A stretch of DNA of 50,348 nucleotides from positions 1 to 50,348 of IMG/VR virus record IMGVR_UViG_3300009537_000020. One strand, 5' to 3'. A program made the position numbers and the translations under genes. Shown piece after piece: positions 34,742 to 44,160 of the stretch. Positions within the stretch are counted from its first letter, which is position 1. Every line of letters begins with the position of its first letter. The notes beneath the pieces are model-generated. The model was given only the letters and a program-made list of their open reading frames with translations. It had not been told where the DNA came from and did no database searches. This DNA is from a virus (Duplodnaviria > Caudoviricetes).

Positions 34742-36356
34742 ACATTGACTTTGGTTTTGGTGTCCTTGCCGGTTCAACCTCTTCATCCTCTGAACACAAA
34801 CATTCCGTGGTTAGAAGCATTCCGGCGACAGAAGCGGCATTGACCAAGGCGGTCTTAACAACCTTAGCGGGGTCAATAACACCCATTTCCATCAGGTCAC
34901 CGTATTTATTTGTTAGAAAATCGTACCCGTCATTAACGCCGAGCATCAATTTAATTTGGGCGATGATCTCAGACCCTTCAACCCCGGCGTTAAAAGCGAT
35001 CTGAATTAACGGAGCGCGCAATGCTTTTTTAACAATGCGTTGGCCAATCAACTCCTCTTCCGTTTCCTTTCCTGTTTCTTTGATGGAGTCGGTTGAATGA
35101 AGGTACGCCAAACCGCCGCCTGGAACGATGCCGTCCTCAAGAGCCGCCCTGGTAGCCAAAAGCGAGTCCTCGATCCTCATTTTCTTTTCCTTCTGTTCAA
35201 CCTCGGTCGGCGCGCCGACTTTGATAACGGCAACCCCGTTTGTTAGCTTTGATAATCGTTCCCGGAGCTTTTCCCGGTCATAATCGCTTTCTGATTTTTC
35301 GATCTGCTGTTTTATAGACGTTATTCGGCCTTCAATAACCGATTTGTCACCTTTGCCATCAACTATGGTTGTAAAATGGCGCGTGGCTTTGATCGTTTCA
35401 CATTCGCCTAAATGGCTAAGATCAGCGTCTTCAGGCCGAAGGCCGCTTACCGGCCCTATGATGCTGCCGCCGGTTAATGCCGCAATATCACTTAATTGTT
35501 CTGTTCTAAACTCACCAAAATACGGAGATTTTACAACAACAAGTGAAATATTATTCTTCATCCTTGTCTGGACAAGGTTTTGTAATACGGATGCGTGGAC
35601 CGAATTAGCCATCAAACAGACTGCCCGGCCGGTGTTGATCGCTTTCTCAATGATCCCCTTGATCTGATTAACATGAGAAATGTCGCCATCGATAATGATT
35701 ATGTACGGCTTTGACATATTAGCTTCCATCTTAACCGGGTCGGTAATGAAATACGGGCTCATTAACCCTTCCATGAGCTGCATCCCTTCCATGATCTCAA
35801 TAAAAGTATCGCTCCCCTGGTAATTATCCTCAATGGTAATAACGCCGTCTTCCCCGGCCGTCTTTACCGCTTCATTGATCAATTCGCCGATCCCGCGGTC
35901 ATTATTAGCTGATAACGAGGCAACTTTTATGATTGTTTCCTCTTCGATCAATTTTATCTTTGTGCTGTCAATGTATTTAATGACCTCTTCAACCGCTTTA
36001 TCGATGCCCCGTTTGATTAAGATCGGGTTTGCCCCTGATTTAAGGACTTTTAACCCTTCCGTAAAGATTTCCTGGGCAAGTAATGTGGCCGTTGTTGTCC
36101 CGTCGCCGGCGTCATCAGCCGTTTTCTGGGCCACTTGTCGTACCAATAAAAGGCCGAGTTGTTCGTCCGGATCCTTTGCTTCAACCTGTCGCGCTACAGT
36201 TACCCCGTCCTTTGTGCATACCGGATAACCATAATGGAACCCAAAAATCATATTCCGCCCGCGTGGCCCGAGTGTGACCTTTACCGAATTTGCAATAAGG
36301 TCAACGCCTCTTTTAAGTTTTTCCCTGGCTTCGTCCGAAAATGTTACTGACTTCAT
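34740..36356 (-). CDS. groEL: chaperonin GroEL
   Basis: TLGPRGRN, TKDGVTVA, AGDGTTTAT, EKLRERLSKL, GIVPGGG and GVIDP.KV motifs; 538 aa; no GGM tail. Confidence 0.97.
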   Translation of the reverse strand: MKSVTFSDEAREKLKRGVDLIANSVKVTLGPRGRNMIFGFHYGYPVCTKDGVTVARQVEAKDPDEQLGLLLVRQVAQKTADDAGDGTTTATLLAQEIFTEGLKVLKSGANPILIKRGIDKAVEEVIKYIDSTKIKLIEEETIIKVASLSANNDRGIGELINEAVKTAGEDGVITIEDNYQGSDTFIEIMEGMQLMEGLMSPYFITDPVKMEANMSKPYIIIIDGDISHVNQIKGIIEKAINTGRAVCLMANSVHASVLQNLVQTRMKNNISLVVVKSPYFGEFRTEQLSDIAALTGGSIIGPVSGLRPEDADLSHLGECETIKATRHFTTIVDGKGDKSVIEGRITSIKQQIEKSESDYDREKLRERLSKLTNGVAVIKVGAPTEVEQKEKKMRIEDSLLATRAALEDGIVPGGGLAYLHSTDSIKETGKETEEELIGQRIVKKALRAPLIQIAFNAGVEGSEIIAQIKLMLGVNDGYDFLTNKYGDLMEMGVIDPAKVVKTALVNAASVAGMLLTTECLCSEDEEVEPARTPKPKSM

Positions 36357-36673
36357 ACTGCCTCCTTTAAGTTGATCATTTCTTTCAGCGCTTTAGGCGC
36401 CTCGTTAATATTAAAAACGGTACATCTGTAAATCTTACCCTTTATTCTCCGACATGCCATTGGCTCCAGGAATCCCGGCGTTTTACTGATCAATTCTCTA
36501 ACGGCACCCCTTAAGATAAGCTTATCAGTTTTCTTATTGGCATACGCCCAATCGATCCAAAGTTCAATAAGCGCGGTCGTATGAATAAATAACAACGACC
36601 CGCGGATGACAAACGGAATATCTCCTTTCCAGGCGTTACTTTTAAAATCTTTTACATTTTCAAAAAATCCCAT
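36353..36673 (-). CDS. hypothetical protein
   Basis: 106 aa, ATGA-coupled to groEL. Confidence 0.6.
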   Translation of the reverse strand: MGFFENVKDFKSNAWKGDIPFVIRGSLLFIHTTALIELWIDWAYANKKTDKLILRGAVRELISKTPGFLEPMACRRIKGKIYRCTVFNINEAPKALKEMINLKEAV

Positions 36674-36686
36674 AATTATTTTCCTT

Positions 36687-37040
36687 TCATATATCTTCTA
36701 TGGTTATCATACCTTTTACACTCCAATATTTAGACACCCGACTATCCCAGATGTGGGCATCACTATCATAAATCGAGTCTAAAAGCGCCTTTTCAAGATT
36801 ATCCTTGTCCGGCTTTATTTTATGCGGCTGGCCAAGCATTGCCTCACGTTTTTTCTTAGGCCAGGATACCGGCATTGGTAAATAAAATTTTATCCAGGAC
36901 CCGCTTTCCGGGACAATAATACCCAATTCTCTTACTTTATCCTTAAATTCCCAATACCGCATTACACAATCCCTCTTTTTCCAACGATCAGCGCGTGTCA
37001 TCCTCGGTTTACCCATGGCAGTTATTTCATATATTTTCAT
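36687..37040 (-). CDS. rusA: RusA family Holliday junction resolvase
   Basis: KPRMT..DRWKKR, PMP.SW.KKKR and KPDKDNLEKALLD....DA.IW motifs. Confidence 0.9.
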   Translation of the reverse strand: MKIYEITAMGKPRMTRADRWKKRDCVMRYWEFKDKVRELGIIVPESGSWIKFYLPMPVSWPKKKREAMLGQPHKIKPDKDNLEKALLDSIYDSDAHIWDSRVSKYWSVKGMITIEDI

Positions 37041-37046
37041 ATATTT

Positions 37047-37487
37047 TTAACTATTATGTATCTTATAATCTAATTCATAAATAGCTGTCTTTAACTTTTC
37101 ATGACTAGGTATATCTGGCTCCGGAATATGGCCTTTAGCCCACCTCATCCAGTATAAATTTGATAAATTATGATTTTTTATATTCATTTTTTGTTCTAAA
37201 TAATCTGAAACGTCCTTCCTGAACCAAAATTCCTTATTGCTATTGACGCGACGCTTCTCAAGAACGCCAGATGCATAATATTCATTCATAACTAACGGGA
37301 CTGTTGGCAACATCTTATATTTCATATATTCAAGATTATTAATAATCCAATATGAAATCTCTTCATCAGCGGCTTTTAGATCAACTTTGCTTAAATTAAC
37401 AAGCTTTTTTAGTGTTTCCATCTCTGGTGACGAACTATTTAAGATAGTGCTGAAAATTTTTATGTTCTTTACTGGAGTTTGGTTCAT
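37047..37487 (-). CDS. hypothetical protein downstream of replication initiator
   Basis: ATG at 37487 with AGGTGG RBS; 146 aa. Confidence 0.55.
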   Translation of the reverse strand: MNQTPVKNIKIFSTILNSSSPEMETLKKLVNLSKVDLKAADEEISYWIINNLEYMKYKMLPTVPLVMNEYYASGVLEKRRVNSNKEFWFRKDVSDYLEQKMNIKNHNLSNLYWMRWAKGHIPEPDIPSHEKLKTAIYELDYKIHNS

Positions 37488-38268
37488 TTTTATACCACCT
37501 ATCCCAGCCCTCAGCATTCCTGAAGGCCGCTTTCCAATCCTTCATTTTGTTTTTGCCAACCATCCAACCCTTTGATGCATAAAAATCTAAGAATATTTGA
37601 GGTATGACCACACTATTCCGTTCATTAGCATACGCTTTTACTTCTTCTAAAGTTGGTTCTTTGAACCCCCCATATACATTCTTCTTAATGTTTATTAATG
37701 CTTTATAATGTTTGTTTGTGTTCACTCGTTGTTCACTCGTTGTTCGCTGGTTGTTCACTGGTTGTTCATTTTGTTGTTCAGAAATATATAATTCCCCGAC
37801 GTCATTCGATTGTTCATCTTGTTGTTCGCTTTTTGGGTCTTTTTTGATTTTACCTGCCTTTTTCGTTGCACCGTCGAGGGATTCTTCTAAACCGTTGTCA
37901 TTCAAAGTATTATGAACCTTAATTCCGTTGTTCACCTGTTGTTCACTTTGCTGGTATTGAGCGTAATTAAATATTGATACCAAAGTAAATACGTTATTTT
38001 TTCGCTGTTCAATTAGGCGTTCTTTTTCAAATAAATTTAATAGCCTATAAATCTTATTTTCGTCTATTCCGGTCTTTTCGCTTAAAGCTTTTCGGCCAGA
38101 AACAAATTGACCGCACCGGCACAACATCTTTTTACCATTAAACATAAATACGCGATCTTTATGGTTTGCCATAAGAAGGATACAACACCATAGATGAAAT
38201 GTTTCAGAATCAAGAAATATGAAACTATCCTCAATTTTACGCCAGAGCTTTACGTATCCACGATGCAT
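37435..38268 (-). CDS. phage replication initiator (O/DnaD-like)
   Basis: GYVKLWRKI...LLMANHK...GQFVSGRK.L N-terminal wHTH; C-terminal PTLEEV..Y...FLDFY.SKGW.VGKNKMKDWKAA; internal iterons. Confidence 0.85.
   Translation of the reverse strand: MHRGYVKLWRKIEDSFIFLDSETFHLWCCILLMANHKDRVFMFNGKKMLCRCGQFVSGRKALSEKTGIDENKIYRLLNLFEKERLIEQRKNNVFTLVSIFNYAQYQQSEQQVNNGIKVHNTLNDNGLEESLDGATKKAGKIKKDPKSEQQDEQSNDVGELYISEQQNEQPVNNQRTTSEQRVNTNKHYKALINIKKNVYGGFKEPTLEEVKAYANERNSVVIPQIFLDFYASKGWMVGKNKMKDWKAAFRNAEGWDRWYKNEPNSSKEHKNFQHYLK
37681..37780. repeat. putative replication origin: 11-bp iterons plus AT-rich 10-mers
   Basis: TGTTC(A/G)CT(C/G)GT x4 at 37719-37762 plus degenerate copies; three adjacent ....TAATG 10-mers at 37681-37710. 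Confidence 0.75.
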
Positions 38269-38284
38269 TAAATGTCTTTCATTA

Positions 38285-38331
38285 GGCTGTGGCTGGATGG
38301 TAAAGCAGAGACCAGAGCCAGCCGATCAGCC
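38285..38331 (-). promoter_or_regulatory. intergenic hairpin upstream of replication initiator
   Basis: GGCTG..GGCTGG/CCAGCC..CAGCC interrupted stem; the downstream gene has no clear SD. Confidence 0.4.
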
Positions 38332-38335
38332 GTTA

Positions 38336-39271
38336 TTATTCTTTTATGCTTCCATCAGGGTATTCTTTGTATGCTGATGGCGGAATTTCTTGTGACGGAA
38401 TATTTTCCTGTTTTTCCTGTTCCTGACTTGGTACAGGGATGCCTCTAGGAACGTCAGAATTGCCACTAGAATCGATTTTTACGCCTTCATTGACCTCTAT
38501 AGTATCCCCATCCCAATCTGCTTCATTTACGGCTTGTGGGATATCGGCAGAAATTGTGTTTTTTATTGTTTCATCCGCGCTTATTTGTGTTTGGATTTCT
38601 GATGAAAGAGGAAGAAGCTTGCATAAACGCTTAACCGCTGTTTTTTTTGCCATTTCAGCCGGCCATGTAGTCCAAGGGCTATAATCTGAATTCTTTGATT
38701 TAGATGCGGCTTTTACATTATCTATTTCATCTTTTTGAAGATACACAAAAACCTTTTCGTTAGCATTCATATTCTTGGCAATAGCGTAAACTCCTATAAT
38801 ATCGCCACGATTACCAGGAGCCGGGATATGCTTTAATTTAGGGGTTAACCCTAACTCATAATCAAAAATGTCCTTTTCGTGGACAACTTCGGCTGTAAGG
38901 ACAACCGCGCGGCCTGAACGGTTAACAAGCTCACAAAGCCCTTTATATCCAACAATAAGCTGGACTTCATCTCTGTAACTTCCGTCTTTCTGCTTATTTT
39001 TGAACGGGACCAAATAGACGTGACCAAGATTGCCCGGCTGTAACCCAAGCTGAACCGTTTGAATGACGGCACTAATCAAGCTGGTTTGTGTGCATTTAGA
39101 CAATTGTGGTGAAGACTTTAGGATCATTGTAAAGACACCGATCAGCCGCTCTGTAGTTATTGTCCGTGGTAAAGCGGCTTCAATGAGATCCTTTTTCTGT
39201 GTCAGGAAATCATAAACAGTAAGTATCTTATTTTCAGAAACCTGATTTATTACATCTTTTGTCGTGCTCAT
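38336..39271 (-). CDS. recT: RecT single-strand annealing protein
   Basis: LGLQPG.LGHVYLVPFK, QLIVGYKGL.ELV.RSG and PW.TW..EMAKKTAVKRL.K.LPLS motifs. Confidence 0.95.
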   Translation of the reverse strand: MSTTKDVINQVSENKILTVYDFLTQKKDLIEAALPRTITTERLIGVFTMILKSSPQLSKCTQTSLISAVIQTVQLGLQPGNLGHVYLVPFKNKQKDGSYRDEVQLIVGYKGLCELVNRSGRAVVLTAEVVHEKDIFDYELGLTPKLKHIPAPGNRGDIIGVYAIAKNMNANEKVFVYLQKDEIDNVKAASKSKNSDYSPWTTWPAEMAKKTAVKRLCKLLPLSSEIQTQISADETIKNTISADIPQAVNEADWDGDTIEVNEGVKIDSSGNSDVPRGIPVPSQEQEKQENIPSQEIPPSAYKEYPDGSIKE

Positions 39272-40179
39272 TCCTTTTCTCCTTTGTTTAACCTTATCCT
39301 TAAAACCCGCGAAGAGCTTTGGTAACTGTATTTATTAAAAACATCTGGTTGCTCAGATTTTAATGTTTTAGTATCAATTCTTGTGCTTGTCTGAGCCTTC
39401 CAGGTGACTAGATAGTTTGATGTTTTTATTCCCAAGTTATCCCCTACGACCATTTTCAATTTAGCTTCAATATCATCCTGCTGTTTTTTTAAATTACTTA
39501 GATCGTTTTTTGTTTGTTGTAATAAAGCAATGCTTGAGTTCATCTCCTCAATCGCCTGTATCTGATCATCGCTTTCAGGATAAAGCTCTGCAATGAAATC
39601 AGAATCCATCCCAAGGGCTATTGGCGGGGTATCATTCTTAACCATAGACCAAAAATCAAGAACGCCTTTCTCGATCTTGTCAGACAGCACAGCATCAAAA
39701 TCAATTTTCTTATAAACAAATTTTTGACCGCCGATAAGGCACGCGATCCAGCCAACCCTTCTGCCGGACACAAGAAGATTAAACATGACTTGACAAATAT
39801 ATTCCCCGGGGATTTCTTCGCCTTCCCACTCTTTAGCTTTCCAGGCTGAACATGTTTTTACTTCCAACAATTCATCTGTTCCTTCTATTAACCGGTCAAC
39901 CTGGCACTTCATAAAATTATATTTTGGATGCGTATATTGTTTTGGCGCGCGACGCACCTTCATGCCGGTTTTACGTGAAAATTTCTTTGCAACAAAATCC
40001 TCCAACTCTACCCCTAACTCAACAGCTTCAATATCACTTAAATCTTTCGCTCCAACGCGACCGGTCTTTTCAGACCATAATTGTAATGGCGAAACCCAAC
40101 GGCTTATGCCAATAGCCGCGGCGGCATCGCTGCCTCCAATAAAAGTCTTTCTGTCTTCCGTCGTTATAACTTTTTTCAT
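39268..40179 (-). CDS. yqaJ: YqaJ-like viral recombinase exonuclease
   Basis: R..FIGGSDAAA.IG.S.W.SP.QLW.EKTG, VDR...LLEVKT and IP.EY..QV motifs; coupled to recT. Confidence 0.93.
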   Translation of the reverse strand: MKKVITTEDRKTFIGGSDAAAAIGISRWVSPLQLWSEKTGRVGAKDLSDIEAVELGVELEDFVAKKFSRKTGMKVRRAPKQYTHPKYNFMKCQVDRLIEGTDELLEVKTCSAWKAKEWEGEEIPGEYICQVMFNLLVSGRRVGWIACLIGGQKFVYKKIDFDAVLSDKIEKGVLDFWSMVKNDTPPIALGMDSDFIAELYPESDDQIQAIEEMNSSIALLQQTKNDLSNLKKQQDDIEAKLKMVVGDNLGIKTSNYLVTWKAQTSTRIDTKTLKSEQPDVFNKYSYQSSSRVLRIRLNKGEKE

Positions 40180-40322
40180 TAATCTCCCTCCAATAATAAT
40201 TCATCTATTCTATCATCCGTATCATCATACGGATCTTTGCAATCTTCATCTTCATACGGGCCGTCTTGATCCGTCCAGTCCGGTATATAATTTGGATTAA
40301 ATTCTTTATTAAAATCCCACAT
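40179..40322 (-). CDS. 47-aa highly acidic peptide
   Basis: Read manually: MWDFNKEFNPNYIPDWTDQDGPYEDEDCKDPYDDTDDRIDELLLEGD. TAATG-coupled to the exonuclease. Confidence 0.55.
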   Translation of the reverse strand: MWDFNKEFNPNYIPDWTDQDGPYEDEDCKDPYDDTDDRIDELLLEGD

Positions 40323-40497
40323 CGTTACTTTTCTTTTTCAATAATTCCTTTAATTCACTTATCCTGTGGTCCAACCAATCCCAAACATATTTATCCCCAT
40401 GGTATTCCGCTAAACCTGCCTTGCCTTTGATTACTTCAAGTTCGTGGAGTAGCGCCTGATTATGTTCTTGCTCTGTCATCTTTCTCCTTCTTAGTCC

Positions 40498-40704
40498 TTA
40501 AGTAATTGTATTTTTGTTACAGCGAAAACACTCTGACTGGTTTGGGGAATAAACACTCCCACAACTGGGGCAAACCCAACCAGAGCTTGTGCTTATACTA
40601 CAAACGCAAGTTTCAACTGGAACGGAATAACTTCCATAATCCCAATAAGACTTACCACACTTAGGACATTGCGTATTAGTATTTGTGTTCATATCTCTCC
40701 TCAT
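40498..40704 (-). CDS. small Cys-rich zinc-ribbon protein
   Basis: CPKCG..CVC..GWVCPSCG.VYSP...C..C. The true start may be the second Met. Confidence 0.65.
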   Translation of the reverse strand: MRRDMNTNTNTQCPKCGKSYWDYGSYSVPVETCVCSISTSSGWVCPSCGSVYSPNQSECFRCNKNTIT

Positions 40705-41042
40705 ATTGTTTCTAAATATTCTTCAGCCAATCTATAAATATCTTTCCATTCAAGCTCACCGATAATTTCCTCTTTCGTATCATCTTTAAATATTAAAGAA
40801 TCTTTATAAACTTCAATACTTGCTCCATTGAGAAGAATACAATGTGGTGTATCTTTTGATAATGTCATATCTCTCCCCTCCTTAGTCCTGAACTAATATC
40901 CTATCCTTTCATAAGATTATATTGCGTGTTGGTTATACAATAGAAAAATATGCACAAAAATCATCACTATTATGTAAATTCCAAAAACTAATTATGTGTA
41001 CCCACACTGTACCTGAACATTCTGTTTCCATATCCTATCCTT

Positions 41043-41897
41043 CTAATGTGTTGGGTTAAGCTTATTTTGCTTTTTAAGTCCTAACATCTTAATTAATGTT
41101 TTGGTTTGCCATTTTCTTTCAGCATCCCTAGCAGCATCCCTAGCAGCCCTAGCAGCAGCCCAAGCGGCAGCCCCAGCAGCCCTAGCGGCATCCCAAGCAG
41201 CAGCCCTAGCTGCATCCCCAGCAGCCCCAGCAGCAGCCCAAGCGGCATCCCAAGCGGCAGCCCTAGCGGCATCCCAAGCAGCAGCCCTAGCGGCATCCCA
41301 AGCAGCAGCCCTAGCTGCATCCCCAGCAGCCCAAGCGGCATCCCTAGCAGCATCCCCAGCGGCATCCCTAGCAGCAGCCCCAGCAGCAGCCCTAGCGGCA
41401 TCCCAAGCAGCAGCCCAAGCGGCATCCCTAGCAGCAGCCCCAGCGGCATCCCCAGCAGCAGCCCTAGCAACAGCCAATTCTTCTTTGCTTATTTCCCCTA
41501 ACGCAAATAGTCTAGCTTTTTCTATTACAATTCTAGGTCTTTTATCGTTAGGGTATTCCTTTTCAAATATCGGCAATACTCTTTTTGCACATTTGACAAC
41601 GAATAGCCTTGCGTTCTTATCATTCCACGAATCAATACGCCTAATTAGCCTTGCCTGTTGGGCGACAACCTTATTGTCATCCTTAATAATGGTCCCCTTT
41701 AACTCAACTTCATAAAGTTCTTTGTTTGTCCATTGAATTAAATCTTTTTGTTCACAGGCATGATAACCCCTCTTACATAACCCAATATCTTCGATGAAGG
41801 GCATCCACTTGCCCTTACGTTTACCTTTAGGTAAATACCACTTGCCTGTGCCATAAGCTGGTTCGCCGTCTTTTTGAAGAAATTTGTAGTATTTCAT
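41043..41897 (-). CDS. phage protein with AAWDAARAAA repeat tract
   Basis: N-terminal LC.RGYHAC domain, Imm5-like FEKEYPNDKRPR segment, ~115-aa Ala-rich tetrapeptide repeat, terminal AERKWQ. Confidence 0.8.
   Translation of the reverse strand: MKYYKFLQKDGEPAYGTGKWYLPKGKRKGKWMPFIEDIGLCKRGYHACEQKDLIQWTNKELYEVELKGTIIKDDNKVVAQQARLIRRIDSWNDKNARLFVVKCAKRVLPIFEKEYPNDKRPRIVIEKARLFALGEISKEELAVARAAAGDAAGAAARDAAWAAAWDAARAAAGAAARDAAGDAARDAAWAAGDAARAAAWDAARAAAWDAARAAAWDAAWAAAGAAGDAARAAAWDAARAAGAAAWAAARAARDAARDAERKWQTKTLIKMLGLKKQNKLNPTH
41120..41468. repeat. 12-bp-period coding tandem repeat (GCAGCATCCCTA-like)
   Basis: Units GC(A/G)GCA(T/G)CCC(TA/AA/CA) encode (D/A)AA(R/W/G). Confidence 0.9.
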
Positions 41898-41900
41898 ATC

Positions 41901-43844
41901 CTATCCTTTGTTACCGTTACCATACATATATACCAAACCTAACACTTGTAAGGTAAACCGTACAATTAATTGTATGTATCCGTACAACTTGTTGTATGCA
42001 CAAATACAATTACCATTCTCATCAACTTCCATCTGGTAATCGGTATCGTATATTGTTCCGCATTTGCACTTTAGCATACTCATTTTAATTACTCCTTAAT
42101 GTTGTAATCACCATCAAATCGTGGATACAAATGTATATAATCCTCGTATTTTTTCCCGTAACAATACGGCTTTCCCCACTCAACCCATTCGTTTGGTTTT
42201 AGCTTATACAATCTGGCTAATTCTATTGCGCTAACATAGTGCATATCGTCGTCATTTTTTGACAACACTTCCCCTGCGTGTAGGGCATATTTCTTCATTT
42301 CAAGCACCCCCCGATGTTCTCGACGATGGCTTGGGCAGTTTCTTTATAGGTATGCCCAAGATATTCTGCTAAGTGGTATTTCATAATATTAATTACCTTC
42401 TCCACATCAATCAACTCCGAGAGGTCGATTTCTAGGTTGGAGATTTCGTCGAGTGTTAGGTTTGAATCAAATGCCCCACAGTCGCAATACTTCTCTTTTG
42501 AAGGGTTCCCAAAATATCTTGGCTCTCTAACGTAAATACAATCTTTACTATGTTCCATTTTCTCCGGCAACTCAACGACCTGCGATAGTTTAAGTTTCAT
42601 TTGATTCCCCTTCTTTTATAAACTTATTTAATTTTGAACAAAGGGCATATTCAGGACTATTACACCATTTATCCCAATTATCCAATAAGAATTTAGCCAA
42701 CTTAACATCAAGGCATATTACGTTTTTGGAGTTAATTTGTGTTATATCTGGGGTGGGCGGCATACCTGAAACACAACCTGTAAAAACACTTGTCACTCCA
42801 TCATCTGAATCTCCTGCTTTATCTAATATAGCTAACACTTTCATTTCTCTCCCCCTTCAAGTGCGGTTTTGATGGCTTCAACAATAAGCTGGTTTAAGAA
42901 AAAACCCATTGGCGGAATACCATGTTCATCCGTATATTTGTCAGAAGTTTTCTGTATTGTTTGCGTTAATAATTTAACATCAACCCTCGGTCTGCCGAAG
43001 CGAGCGCAGATTGCTCTAGCAAAATGTTTCCACTTCTGAGGATACCCTGTTTTTCTTGTGTATTCCTCACAACTCTTAGAAACCAAACAAGCCTCTACCT
43101 TATCCTCCTCTAAACACTCCATCTCAAAACTATCCTCCTCAACAATCTTTGTTACTTTGTCGTGGAGTTGGTTGTAAGAAATGCTTTCTATATCACTACA
43201 ACCTAAACCACTCATAACTTCCCTTTTTCCACCCATCTTCTCAAGCAACTTTTCTGTGTCAATTAGTTTCATATCTCATCCTTTGGTGTGGGTGTTAATC
43301 ATTCGTTTCAGCTATTACAACAATTGCCCATTCTTCTTTATCGCTTATATATCTTCTCCAAACCATCTCAGCATCTTTTATTCTAGTAAAAAATGCTTTT
43401 TTCCTGTTTCCTTGATTTGTTGAATAATCAAACATAACAGAAAAATCTGATTTATTTTTAAATCCAAATATTGGCTTCATCTCAACTCCCTTCGTTTGAT
43501 TCGTGGGCTATTAGGACATTTATAACCCTAATAACTTCATTCAGTTTTTCGGCTATCTCTCCAATTCTGTCATCTGTGTCGGTGTATAGCTCATCAATTT
43601 TATCCATTCTCAACTCCCTTTCACCCGTGTGGGTGGTTAATCACCCAAAAAATTTATCTTGACACTCTTGGCACATCCCAGATATTGTAAATTCTCTCTT
43701 ACTTAATTCATCCTTAAAATTTTTGGCTTCTTTTAAACAAACAGCACATACATCAGATTTTATGCTTTCTCTCCTGCCTAATGGATTAGGTGTTATGCTG
43801 TCAATAAAATTTTCCAATGATTCACTCTTAACTGTTGGTTCCAC
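41901..43844 (-). CDS. cluster of small hypothetical early genes (41901-42083, 42089-42307, 42295-42600, 42590-42844, 42841-43272, 43295-43480, 43641-43844)
   Basis: Tightly packed co-oriented ORFs with SD motifs; several have CxC/CxxC motifs. 43641..43844 has the recurrent phage motif FKDELSKREF.ISGMCQ.CQD..F. Confidence 0.6.
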
Positions 43845-43921
43845 CCCAATCCCCCTTTTCCTGTTGGTTAATTATGCCATAAACAGCATAAGTTTAGTGT
43901 TTTTGTGTGCTAAATATTTCA

Positions 43922-44139
43922 TCACTCACCACCTAAGCGTTGTAGTGCTTCAGTAATAACATCAACAACATCGCATTCATCTGGGTTCCACTTCTTTAAT
44001 GCTGGAACAATCGTATCAAGAACATCCGAAAGTTTAACGAGTTTTTCTTCTCCGAGTGGTTCGAGTTCGATAACCGCTCCGAGCGTACCGCCATTCAAAT
44101 AAGATGAACCCTTAACTATATCCTGTACTTTTTACCCAT
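43922..44139 (-). pseudogene. frameshifted small ORF (or -1 programmed frameshift gene)
   Basis: AAGGAG RBS + ATG GGT AAA AAG stops after 7 codons; the -1 frame continues for 68 sense codons (VQDIVKG...LQRLGGE). Confidence 0.45.
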
Positions 44140-44160
44140 TTCAATCTCCTTTTAAAGAAC

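Noticed and set aside
41120-41468. Diversity-generating retroelement template/variable repeat
   Set aside because: No reverse transcriptase is present, and the variation is not adenine-specific between two long copies.
41093-41715. ORFs 41093..41470(-), 41101..41715(+), 41106..41501(+)
   Set aside because: Shadow frames of the 12-bp coding repeat; only 41043..41897 has an RBS and non-repetitive flanking domains.
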